The notes under the pieces were generated by a model, which saw nothing but the letters and a program-made list of their open reading frames with translations, was not told where the DNA came from and did not search any database. A stretch of DNA of 63,748 nucleotides, the filler included, from Sphacelaria rigidula (taxonomy: Eukaryota), in the NCBI GenBank assembly GCA_964200075.2. It is 6 parts of 6 records of this genome, joined end to end, with 100 filler letters (N's around TTAATTAATTAA, not from the genome) between each part and the next. Parts side by side here need not be neighbours in the genome. Positions count along the whole stretch, not along the records: positions 10,643 to 21,184 come from CAXNAA020006309.1; positions 21,285 to 31,826 come from CAXNAA020006310.1; 4 more parts are not named here. One strand, 5' to 3'. Positions 11,850 to 24,300 of the stretch are shown piece by piece. Numbering within the stretch: the first letter of the stretch is position 1; each line of letters opens with the position of its first letter. The position numbers and the translations under genes are program-made.

Positions 11850-12743
11850 CTGGTGCAGAACGGCCTCGGACGGTGAGCTTGGCCATTAGGCATTCACGAA
11901 AACTAGGCATTTGAGAAACCGATGTTCAATTGTGCCGACACTGGCCGACCGTGTAGCCAGATATGCACCGGAATGAACATGGCGAAGATGGCAGGAATCC
12001 CCACCATCTGCCCACGTCTTTCCTGTTCTTGCTAGTTCCTTGCTTCCGATGTACCCCTCCCACGAGGTGGTATGTTGTGATGTGGTGCTTTTTTGCTCTG
12101 CCTGGTATATCCGTACATATGGCTGTCCCTTTACAGGTACAAAGATCATACGGCGCGGACGAATCATCGCCGGTTCGAATCACTAAATCCACGAATTTTC
12201 AGGCGTTATCGCTCTAACGAGAGAAAAAAAGTTGATCGCTGGTCAAAAAGGTCTCCACGCAATTTTTGCGCCATTCCACGTCCCTGGGCCGCGCGCACCT
12301 GGGTTGCAACACTGAAAACAAAGCGTAAGGACTGATTCGTACGATACGAATCGATTGCACTAAAATCAAGTGATTCCCAGACGAATCAGTAGTTCATCCG
12401 ACCCTTGCAAAGATATAACCATGTGACTCTTATTACTATTATGTGGTGGTGATCTTTGGTTCATGAGTTTGGCTCCATTTCTGTTTGGCTTCACGTGTCG
12501 ACTGGAACATTGGGCTCCACCTTCAGTAGTCCGAATGGTCGTCTGCGGCACCGGAACTCATGAGGTTAGCAAAATTTCTTTGTTTTGTATTGCGTCTGTG
12601 TGAAATTTTCTTGGGTCTTATCTTATTTTATTTTATTTCCTTGTACCTTATTTTGGGTAGTCAGCCTGTGACCACGGAAGGCGTCCGCATCAGAGGTCCA
12701 GTACGGAGTACTCCGCAAATATCGGAACGGCTTTTATGCGAAG

Positions 12744-12772
12744 ACAACAACAACGACGACGACGACGACGAT

Positions 12773-12803
<31 letters not shown>
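12744..12803. repeat. Compound (AAC)n/(GAC)n microsatellite
   Basis: Directly visible trinucleotide tract. Confidence 0.95.
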
Positions 12804-12806
<3 letters not shown>

Positions 12807-15800
12807 GATCATGACAACAACAGCCGTAAACATGAAAATATTCCCAGTCCATGAAGTCGATCATGCTGCATTTTCTCATTACAGCATCCCTGCCCTTCTG
12901 TGTATCACTGTTTGACTTCCGAGTTTTGAGATATGGAGAAACACGTCTGATGAGCTGCAATCAACCAACACGACCCCCAGCTCATACTCAACCTCCACCA
13001 CACTCACTGGTTGTACTACGCTTCAGGGGATGAATTGCTACCGCACAACGAACGACGCGATGCCTATACACCTCGGCGCCACGGTTTTGCAAGAGTGCAC
13101 ACAATTCGGATATCAGCTGTATCATCCAGCTGTGGAATAGTACGCATTATCAAAGCAGAGACGCATAAAAAAATGGCGTACAAACTCGTAGCACGGGTGT
13201 CCGTGGATTAGAATCAAGATATCAAGGTTCCCTAATGTTCAAATCCGGTGATTCGGGCAGGGGACAGGGGCGGGCACATCCATTCCTCCCCGGGCTGGGT
13301 TCCCAGCAAATTTCGTATGCCCCGAAGCGCGTAACTGATACTCTCTATCTGGATCCACTTGGTTGTTGTAACGATATAAACTGCTAGAGTTTGGTGCGCT
13401 TCATGAACGACTGAGTTGCAGTATGGGATCAACGGCTGCTGGGCTTCAGTAAGACGTCGAACTACTTGATTTTCAAGTCTTCAGTGTTACAAGGCCCGTT
13501 CTGAACGTTGGGCTTGGTATACTGAAACGCTTCTCATCGTTTTTTTTTTTTCCACCGCGAAAAATGGGATGGGGGCGGGGGGAAGGAAGTGATAGATTCA
13601 TGATGAACGGCTTTGGCCTTCCTGCTACATTCTACATGCGATCTCAACGAATCATGATAGCACCCTAAACGCCCAACTTTGTGACCATTGCAAAAAAACC
13701 CGACTGAACCACATGTACAGCACAGTACGGTGCGTCGTAGCATGTGTAATGTCGGGGCCGTGCGTGCGGGGAACTTCCTGAAACAAGGAGCAGCACCGGG
13801 TCTTCGGGGGGTGGCAAAGTACGCAGTTGCCAACTTCCCGGAAGCGAAAACTTGAGACTTGCAACGGCATTGGGGGAAGAGGTGGTGCACGTTTCCGAGA
13901 AACACGAACATGAAGGAAAATGGAGCATGAGATCCATGCAAAGAGGGACAAATATCGGTTGGAAACACTTACTTTTCCCTCCATCATGTGGAACAGCCGA
14001 AGGGCGCTTTGAACTTGAGGTCGTCTTTCAGAACAATATCACCGGCCGACCTTCAACGCGGTCAACCCCGACGCTGTGTGCACACTATGGCGATATAACT
14101 CCTCTCTCGTTGGAGGCGACATTGCCAACAACATACCGAGGATTTCGTCTGCTTCCTGTTCCCTATTTAGCTCGTGAAGTGTTGAGCTAGCTGAACAGTT
14201 GTTCTTCACAAATGTTGAAGGGTCGTCGTGGGGTATATTTGTGCACGTCGTGCTCAAGGAATGAACCCTCAACCGTCCGGGGGTGTCAGTCTTTTAAGTC
14301 GACATCACACGCACCTGATATATGACCACCAGAGTAAGGTTTCCACATAGGGGCGCCCGAAGGCTTGGCCCCTTGAGTGCGACCATCACTCTCGGAACAA
14401 AATGGCTAGCTGACAGTCCCGCAGAATAAGTTCTTGGGGGAGGGTGATACGGGAGTCATACTAAATTCAAGATGTTGGAACGGGTGAAAAATGGACTCTT
14501 CGCGCCGAGTCTGAAATCGGCAAATGGACGACTTCACGTACGTCGACGTCACATTTGCCCCCGATACCCTGTGCCGGTACTCCGGTGTGGCCGAGGGCTT
14601 ATGCGTAATGGTGTGGCCTCGTGCTTGCTTTCAGTGCAGTGCAGACGAGGGTAGAGACGGGACGACAGTACACGCAGTACAGCGAGGTGTGGTAGCGATG
14701 GGCTGGTAGCTAGGGAATGCCGGGGAGTGAGCTGGTGGCTGGTACAGCTCGCAGTAAAACTACCGTCTGCGCTGCAGGGCTGCTGGGGCACGTTGTACCT
14801 ACTTACTCGTGGTTGACAATTGTCCTTTTAGCACCACTAACACCAGAGCAAAAAAGTAACCCAACCGCCCGGGGCATGTCGACACGACCAGAACAAGAGA
14901 GTCATGGATATTTCCTGCAACGCGACTGTACCGGTGTTCAAAAGTTACATGCAAGCGGCGCGCGCGCCATGTTTTCACCACTGCAGCCATGAATACGAAG
15001 ACAAGGCCACGGAACGGCCATCACAGCATGAAAACCGGGATATCCCATACCTTGTTCCACTTCAACCCACGTTTCTTCCTACAATATTATTCTGACATTC
15101 TCATTTCCTTACATGCAGGAGATCTTAGGGCACACCTGACCGGGCCCCCCAGCGGTAAACTTGTTCACCGCGATCCCCACCCAGATCGCCCAAAATTCCC
15201 AATTGTCAGCTTGGATCCAGACCTGTGGCTCTCCCACGTGACATAGCACGCTCATTTAGATGAACATGTAGATGTCAGGTAGTTGTGCAGAAACGAGTGT
15301 AGGAAAGCCCCCGACCGGCTTTGAGCCACACGTCAAGTTCATGCACGTTTTCGCTGAGTCGTTTTCGTCGCGTGCAAGCTTCCATGCTGTACAAGAGGTG
15401 CACGCTGGCAGTCGATGCTGCTGCAATTAACCAACACTCGAATCCCGCACGTGTGTTTTTGACGAGCATGACTCAATTTGGCCAACGACTTGTTGTCGGT
15501 GTACAACTCTTTCCTGTTTTGCCGCTCACACAAGACGAGGCAGATGCTGAAAAGGAACAGGTACCCGCCCAAATTTGTGATCGAGGATTCGATACGGTGA
15601 AGTTTTTTTCGACATTGTTGTGATTGGGGCCCGCTATCGACATGTCCTAAAAACCTGCGTCTTTTTCTTCAACCCAAGTCAAGGGAACATTTTTGAGTTC
15701 ATCAAAATTCTACCGTGTCGAACTCTCCATCAAAACTCAGCGCACCCTTTCTGCATGTACCACACTTCGTCCAATGGCATTTAGAGGGGGTACGATATCA

Positions 15801-18800
15801 AGCTGGCAAGGAGACAGCAAGATATCCTGACGGCTGTGCCATGAAAGCTCGCCCGCTCATGAGACAACACTCAAAGAAACATAGCTCACAAGTATTCAGT
15901 GGGGTCCGTTATATCTGAGGGTTTGGGCCCAATGTTCTAGCTTCACCTCGCGAGACGGCTCGACGCCGAGCTCCTGTGGTTTTTTCCAAGGACCACTGCA
16001 ATGCTGGCCGGCAAGGGGGCAACGTCCCCTTACAAGCAGTATCAGACCTTCCGGGGAAGACGTCACGACAACCTGACAGTCACAGAGATGGTTCCTGTTG
16101 TACTCCTCTCCCAGTGTGAAGTTAGAGTACGATGGATCAGGGTTTGTACGTGAATTTTCCGGTGGTCCAGCAACAGTTACTTCTCTGACCTCTTGCAGAG
16201 TATTTTACTGTTACAACAAAGTAGCACGTTGTGTGAGTATGTAAAAGTCTAATATAGTTCCACGCCAGACATAGCAGTATGGTATCCGTATGCACAGAGT
16301 GGCGCCCGCAGCTCTGAGAACACAGTACCAATTTAACATTTAAATCCAGGACAAGGGCAGGTTTCGAGTAGCAACCGATTGGCGTCTGCGTAGTGACACA
16401 CGTTCTGCGTCCTCGTCGGATTAGGCTGACATGGATCTTCGATCTTTGATCTTTGCCTGTCGCGCCAGCTCTCCGTATTGATGCGATCACCTCTCTTCCA
16501 AGGATATTTTCCTCAATAGGAAAAACTCTGGAATATGACTATTGCAGCGTTTTTCTTCGTTTTGTCACACACCACATACGAAGGTACATTTTCCCGGGGT
16601 TGGGTTTATCGTCTCGAAAATTAAAAACACCGTTAAAAACTCGGAAAAAATATACGGCACGGTGCACGTGGCAGTACCGACATACCCAACACAACTAACA
16701 ACCAGAAGCACATACTGCAGTCGCCATGATGTTGTCTGTTCCGATACACGCCACGCTCTCTACCTTGGGTTTTCTGAGCCTCTCTGGGTACACAAAGCGG
16801 CAGCTTTCCCCCTTCATACGTTGTCGGCGTGCATTATGCATAGATGGGAAGTAAGCGAGCACATAGTTTTGAACTTAGAAATAATCAACACAGAACATCT
16901 TTTATTTTCGAGCTGGTAGTGGGAAGTCACGCAGAGTCGACTACGCGACAAATAGTGAGAGATGAGAGAGAGGGCGACATCATGTTACTCTTGTGCTACT
17001 CTTTACTCTGCGTTGGTTGTGCTGGCTCCGATTGAAAGTGTGATCCAAGTCACCACGGTCGGGGCGGTGGTCATGCGGCACTTACTAGCCGCACGTGTTT
17101 TTGCCATTAACCTAGGGCGCCGATGGTGCACCCGGGTGCACATAGATTTATCTGTTACAACCTCTGTCTTCAGGCGGAGAAATCTAGGGGAGATATTCTT
17201 GTTTGGTCCTCGACTCTTTATTCCAAAAACGATCGGGAAATACTTCTCGCTTCGTCCTTGGGGTGTAATTCAAATGAAAATTCTGACAAAAACTTCAGGC
17301 AAGTCTTGGGAATTTGCCCGGGGGATTTTTCCAGATTCTGAAAACAGCAGAAACCGACAACGTGATTGAGGAAAAGGCGGATCTAGGAGGTCGTTTCGTT
17401 CGCTCCTACGCGACAACGAAAATATTGGTTTCAAAATAGTACGCGGTACGCGGCAAACGTCTCTTCTCATCGATCCCCCGTGGGGCATCTTTTATTTTTC
17501 GGGGGAAACGACATTTCGCGAGATATTCTACATTTTGCCTTGCCGCTATCTGGGAGCAAAGAAGGATCATGGTATGGGTATGGTGTGCGTGCTGTTTTGG
17601 TGTTTATCATATGATGATCATGATATCACGGCATACGAAGAACGACATCTTCGATATTGATTCACCTCACGAAAAAATGGGGCAAAATGCGTGTCTTGGC
17701 ACCTTTATTTTCGATCGAAAAAGTGCGGTCGATTTTTTTTTGCCGATCTGGTAGGTCGACCGCATTTATGTTCCTTAAAGGCTTCAACGCAAAATTATAA
17801 TTAGCAGCGCGCGGAGAAGAATTCAAAGAGGTAAAAAACAATCGTTTTCGATCGAAAACATGCTGTCGAAAGGCACGAAGCGGCACTTGACTCCAATCTT
17901 ACAGACCACCACTACGCCAAATAACACCTGTTCACAGGACCATGCAAACTCCATCCAACTCATTGTCAGCTACCACCGCAACCCTGCAGCATAGAGCACA
18001 AGTTGAGCACAGGGATATATACACTGCAGTAGCCGGGTGTGCTTTGTTTATTTTTTGTTGGCGAAAACTTGCGCATCTTCTCTCATGGTAGGCATCAGCG
18101 ACGGAACTGCGTGGTACGGCGTGCAACCGAGTTGCGTGCACGCTCATGAACAGTGCAGGCAGTACAAAGCTGCACGTTGCTCAAGTCCTTTTCACGTCGC
18201 ATTGCAAGCAGAGGGAACTGATAGTCCTGGGCTGTCTACGCTGCACGTTGCCCGTTCGTCTATTAGAGTCTCCTGTACGAAACACGCACATACGCACTCA
18301 AGACACTGCTTGCAAGCAGTGCAGACAGTACAGATTGTATGTACTGTACACGAGTGACCATGTACCGTTTCGCGAATTTCGCTGCCTTTTTTTATCCAAA
18401 GCTTGAAAATCCATCTGGACCCAACTGCATCAAAACGAGAAAAATTCGCTCAGATCGATTCCACCGTCCCATTTTTTCGACCGAAGAAAAAAGTGCTGAG
18501 ACAGGCCCAGTTTGCTCAATCGAGAGTAAAATGACACATTCGGGGTAATTTCGGGGTGATTTGACCCAGAATGTCGCATTTTTCAAGAAAAAAGAAATTC
18601 CGCGGCGATTGATGTAGCTCAATCCCTTCGCCACGAACATTTTTGACCAACCTTGCGCCAAAATAAATGAAACAAATATATAACGGAATGTCCGCCCTGT
18701 ATTTGTGACTGCCCGCACTTGGCCCGCACACAAAAGTCATCGCACTTTTGTACAGAAACGTTGTGCATTTCTCGACTGTGGATAAAGTCACCGTCATGAA

Positions 18801-19322
18801 ACTTGGTGCACTAGCTGAACATAACACAGGCAGTATGTGCACCAAGTTTCAGCTCCTTTCGGCCAAGAATAAAATTAAACTAAGCGAATGCCGACATACC
18901 GTCGATACATAGGCCCTCAAAATGGCCATCTCGCAGCCCAGATCCCGTGTACCGTGAGTGAATGGATATGTGGACATGGTGGTGCACTCACTTCCACATC
19001 ATGATCTCCTGGGAGGGTACAGTGCTGGCAAATGGACATAGATCAGTACCAGCAGACCCTCTGGAAAATGACAATGTGTAGGAAAGTCATTCCGGTATCG
19101 GCTGTAGAGATGCTCAGGGCAGGCGGCACGGTCGTGCGCGCGCTGTCGTCGCTGCTATGCGCTGGAATTTCGCTAACATGTCATGTAAACCACAATCAAC
19201 AAGCCCATGCGTCTAGATATGGGCTTGGGTGGGTGTTGCAGCAGAGCGCGAGGGGATGAAAAAGGCTTCAATTCTGTTCCGAAACCACTTTTTTAGATTT
19301 TCGCGCTAAGACTGTGATTTAG

Positions 19323-19626
19323 TCGGTGTCGTTGCGCTGTCATTCTATCTATTCTGGACGCCAACCCACACTTTTCGGTATATGTTGGCGCATCAGCCGG
19401 GGTCATACAGAAGGGAGGCCAACACGGAAGCCTTTTTAAAAACTTGTTCTAGTAGTCCACCCTCCTTCTGCGGTGCTTGCCTTATTTTTACGCGAGAGGT
19501 GTTCAGTAGTCCCTTTCCTTCGTCGACAGTGAAGTCGAATTTTTGTGCACCCACGAGAAAGTCGGTCTTCACCACTGTTGGGCATATTGTGAGAAAAAAT
19601 CCAGCATCGTGTGACTTCAACCAACG
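19323..19626 (-). mobile_element. SINE copy lacking most of the tRNA head
   Basis: CTATTCTGGACGCCA..CTTTTCGGTATAT..CCACCCTCCTTCTGCGGTGCTTG..AGTCCCTTTCCTTCGTCGAC is collinear with 28493-28850. Confidence 0.85.
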
Positions 19627-20529
19627 TTTATGGCAACGAATCTCGATTTTTTTAGACAAAAAATCGGGGGAACTCAATTTCGCGAACTCAAAATTGATGG
19701 GACCGTTTTATGGTACAGACAGTACAGTATCACAGATTTGTGAAACGGTTCTGTACACAGACGGCCATTTCCTGCATGAGTGAGGTACTGCGTACTCGTG
19801 CATGGAGCCGAAGAGCAGGCAGGCGGTAAACAACCCTTCGAGTACAGTGTCGTACCTTGGTACCCTAGGGCAATACAGTGCAGGACACTCCAACAATGTA
19901 TACATGATAATGCCGTGTGGTAGTACATGATGGCACAGTCGGTATTGCGAGAACAGAGAACAAACAGTGCGCAAGCCGAGTTCAGTAATGCAGTGCCGTA
20001 CATCACCCCTCAAGTACAGCGACAACAGCTAGGAGAGTACAGTAGTGTTCGTTATAGTGATACATATGGCAGCGCAGCGCAGCATAAAATATTACCATCG
20101 CCGCAGGGTACGGCGTCAGCACTTATTATCCGCTTGTCAAACCCATGCGCAGCTGGCGCGGGGAGTAGGCACGACCTGCGCTGTCACGAGACTGTTTTCT
20201 GCTGCCGTTGCAAAAATATCAAACGCCTCGTATCCCACCTTTGTATGTCAATGGACGTACGTCACCTAAAACAAATCGGGGGAAACCGTTCCGAGTTCGT
20301 GACTCCCCGATTTGTTCGCCCCCGATTTGGTCCAAATCGGGGTCCACAAAATGCGTTCCCCGACTTGTTTTCCCCCGATGCTGTAAAAACTCGAGATTGG
20401 TGACTGCCATAAAAGTTGGTCTCACCCAGATTCGAAATCACGTCGCAACCTTCAGAAGGATTCGAAGTTATCTACTGCGCTATAAGGGCCACCGGCTTGT
20501 GTAGTCTACGATTCATTTTTCGGAATGTT

Positions 20530-20898
20530 GACTGTGTGTGTAGCATGTGTTGTCGTCCCATTCATTCCGGACGCCGGTCTACACCTTTCGGTTTATGTGG
20601 GCGCACCAGTCGGGGGCACACAAGAGGAAGGTCAACACAACTATTTTTGTTTTTCGTTTTATTTCAGTATTCCACTTTCCACCTTTCTTCGGCGGTGCTT
20701 ACCTTCATCTTTTATCGCGAGAGGAGTCCAGCAGTCCCTTTTTCTCGTCGACCGTAGAGTCAAATTGTGTGTACGCACGACATGGTCGCTCTCCACTGTT
20801 AGGCATGAGAAAAAATCCCAAATCGCTCTGACATTCGAACCCACAACCCACCCGTCACAAGGTTCCGAGGTTACCAACGGAGCCACCGGGGCGACCAG
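20530..20898 (-). mobile_element. tRNA-derived SINE, near full length
   Basis: The minus-strand head reads CTGGTCGCCCCGGTGGCTCCGTTGGTAACC..GGGTTCGAATG, followed by the same body and an ACA-rich tail. An extra degenerate head lies at ~20428-20496. Confidence 0.85.
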
Positions 20899-21184
20899 TT
20901 TTGAATACAACAGTAAAAACAATTCGATTCTACTAACTTCGAAGTTTCGACGCCGCAGGCTACCGTACGGGCCACTGGAGGCAGGGCCCAATGATCCACT
21001 CAACACGCGAGACCAAACAGGAATGGAGCCAAACTCAGGGTATGGCAGTATACCTTCAGTAGACTTAGATTTTACTTCTTGGTAGCCGCACAGCTTTCCA
21101 TCTTGCTGTCATGATCAACAGACGTCACCAACTGGTCGGAAAAAATGGTTGAAATTAAAACATACTCGTTTTAGTGTTAGTCGG

Positions 21185-21284
21185 NNNNNNNNNNNNNNNN
21201 NNNNNNNNNNNNNNNNNNNNNNNNNNNNTTAATTAATTAANNNNNNNNNNNNNNNNNNNNNNNNNNNNNNNNNNNNNNNNNNNN
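21185..21284. other. Artificial contig linker
   Basis: N44-TTAATTAATTAA-N44. Confidence 0.98.
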
Positions 21285-21293
21285 TGGGACGAC

Positions 21294-21332
<39 letters not shown>
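21294..21332. repeat. (CA)n microsatellite starting at the DRC4 exon 8 donor
   Basis: The (GT)n tract on the minus strand supplies the GT donor immediately after ..ATTTCACAC. Confidence 0.9.
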
Positions 21333-21335
<3 letters not shown>

Positions 21336-24300
21336 TGAAATGTCCAGCATCAGCTTCTGATTGGCAAGCGCTTTCTTCTTCATCTCCACCAGCTCGTCCT
21401 TCAAGGAGCGAATTAGCTGCGGGGTCCAGATGCGTCATGTGCGGGGCATGGAAACCATCGAGTCGGCAAAGGAGCAGAGAGCGAGAGCGATGAGAAACGA
21501 ATTGCACTATGGATCTTTGGGTGTACTCATGATCATGCATTTGGATCTATGGATCTTTGGGGGGGGGGGGGGGGGCGGGGGGAAGGGGAAGGGCGNNNNN
21601 NNNNNTGGTGGGGGTTGGGTTGGTGAGGTCGGGGGGGGTGGGGGGGGGGGGGGGGGGGGGGGGGGGGCGAGGGGAAGGGCAAGGGCGAGGGAGAGCAGTG
21701 TCAGGGGTCAGCTACCGCCCGTGTGGCTCCCGTGCTTCTTTACCGTTGCGTGACGGTGAGTGGCACTGGTGCGTTGTCTGTCAGCCCCCCTGAATAACCC
21801 ACCCGAGCGGTCATTGTTCGGCTACTTTGGGTATCATGCCGGGACTTACAGCCGTGTACCAGGGCACGTTATATACCACCTCTTCTGCATGTCATCCCCG
21901 TGTGATGTGTTTCCGGGTAGAAATAGCTCATCATCCGGAGGTGGTACGCACTGTGACCCACGGGCCAGTGATGTGATTCGTCGATGTTGGAAGGATTGCC
22001 ACCGGGGGGAATTGTGTGCGGAGATGTGCGTGCATGGCTGCGTGCGTCGCCTGACGAACATCGTCCCGTGCTACTTTGGGCAATATTCTATTGGTGTAAA
22101 CGAACTGTGTGTTCTCTGTTTCTGCTTTGCATCTGTCTGTGCTATTTATTCATGATTCCTCAGGTCACATAGAATCGGGTTCTGGTTCTGTCCATTCCTC
22201 CATTTTTGGGGGGGTCATATTTGTGACTTTCATTTTTTCGCTGTTTTCAAGAAGAAGCATTCAGTTGTCTGGCGATTACCTTGAGGTTGTCGTTCGTGAT
22301 GTCGTTGTAGTATGCCTTCATCTGACCGAACGCCTTTTCGTGGTTCTTCATGAGATCGTTGATGTGCAGATTCTTCCTCTCCTCTATCTCGTGGATGTCC
22401 ACCTGCTCCACACCCCAGAACAGATCAGAAACACTGGGGCTCAGTATAGAACAGAATTCCTTACGGGGCTTTCAGTCACGTCTCTAGGTTCCCAACGTGT
22501 GTACATGGTGCTTTTCACGTGCGTAGGGTATGAAACTCAGCGACTCATAGCGAGTTGATTGTAGAGATCTCAGGTGTGGTGAGAATGTGTACTTATTCTC
22601 AGGAGAGGGTTTCAGCGCCTAGATATTGTCCCCGTTTTAGATGGCCGACAAGGAGACGGAGATGCTACATCGCGTGCCAGTAGCATCGATTTATCGAACC
22701 GCACCATGCGAGGGTGCCACGTCGCGGTCTACGTCGGGTCACTCGCAATAAAAACGCCACCCCTCGCTCAAACCCCCAACTGGTAGCAGGATGTCGTCGA
22801 TTCTTGACCCCTCTGTCAACGCGAGTCGAGATCTGGACTCCTATCCCTGCTATCCAATAGGCGTATACCGTGGATCCTACACCCACTTCCTCCGTACTTC
22901 TTGGTCTCAGTCTTCAGCGCTATCATCACTACAGGTGCATAAGGATAGCATGGGGTACTGGATCCTGTGTACTAACCTCCTACCTTTCTCCGTAGTTCTA
23001 GGTCATCCTCCAGTGCGGCCACGCGCGCGTCACAGCGTTCCCTAAGCTCTGTTAAATTGGCGTCGAAGCCCTCCCTCATCTTTGTCAAAGTTTTCCCGTG
23101 CGCTTTCTTCAACTGCCATTTTTTGTTCCAATCACGAGACACATATAGCACAGGGGGCGTGCCACATGGTCAGTATGGAGTCTAGCACAGTCTGTTTTCA
23201 ATAAAAAAAGAGGAAGCACGTTTGGGACCCTTGCTGGATTTTGGCCGTGCTGTACTTCGTGATCGACTGTACAAGAAAAAAAAATCGGGAACACGTGGAC
23301 AGCACCACGACTATCATACAAAAAGTGAAGGTGAGCGTGTTCTAACAAGTTGTTTCTCCTGTAACTTGTCCCTCACAATGTTCCTCAACATGTCACAATC
23401 TTCAGAGCCCATGTCATCGTACCTCTCTTCTGAGCAACAAGATTGCACCGTAACGTTTGTGTTCTAGTTCTACCCACCAACCTGAGCAACTTCTTCGGCG
23501 TTGAGTAGGTACCGCTCTTCCACTTCGCTTTTTATGTCTTTCTTCCCTCGATTCAGCTCGGAACTTCGTTGCCTAGAAAAGCGAAGTCAGACGCAGTTGA
23601 TTGATTTGAATGGTTGAATTTCTCGCAATGATCGATCTGCTACGAGTTCAGCGGTAGCCACAAGGTAAATACTCACCACGTAATGAAGTTGTGCTTGAAA
23701 GTGAGGGGGAAAAAAGCACCTTGCGTCTAAAACCTAGCATGCAATGTGTAGAACTTGCCTACGTGACCCCACGAAAAAACAAAAAAACGAAAAAGACGTA
23801 TCTATGATTCTTCTCCAAGACGACGCTACCCGCAAGGGGTGTATTGATGTATATTTGACACAGAACCATTCGAAGCCAAGGTACAGAGCGCACGAGTTCT
23901 TACTGGCAACATCCAGCATACAGGATTATTTGGAACAACACAAAAAAAAACACCGCAAAGTTGAACCTCTGCCTTGGCAGTCAAATAGCCGTATACGTTC
24001 AGGTGTCTGAGTCGTCTCTCACCCGTGCAAGTCTGACTCTGACGTCAAGAGGCGATCTTCGCTCATGTTGATGGTCTTGATATTGTTCTGATGCTCGTAC
24101 TCCAAGTGCTTCACCTTCTGCACGTACACCCTGACCTCTACCCTGCACCAATGGCCGGTTCGTTCACGCGTCATTCGTGTTCACGTTAGCGACGACTCTT
24201 GCGGCGTGGCCGCGAAATAGACGGAGGGAAGGCGAGGAAATGATGCTCGGAGGTTCAGATGATAGCTCTAGAAATTACCGAGTGTATTTTTGCCTGGAGG

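Noticed and set aside
21556-21670. Poly-G tract with a short N gap as a G-quadruplex element
   Set aside because: The low-complexity sequence sits at an assembly gap, so its length and content are unreliable.
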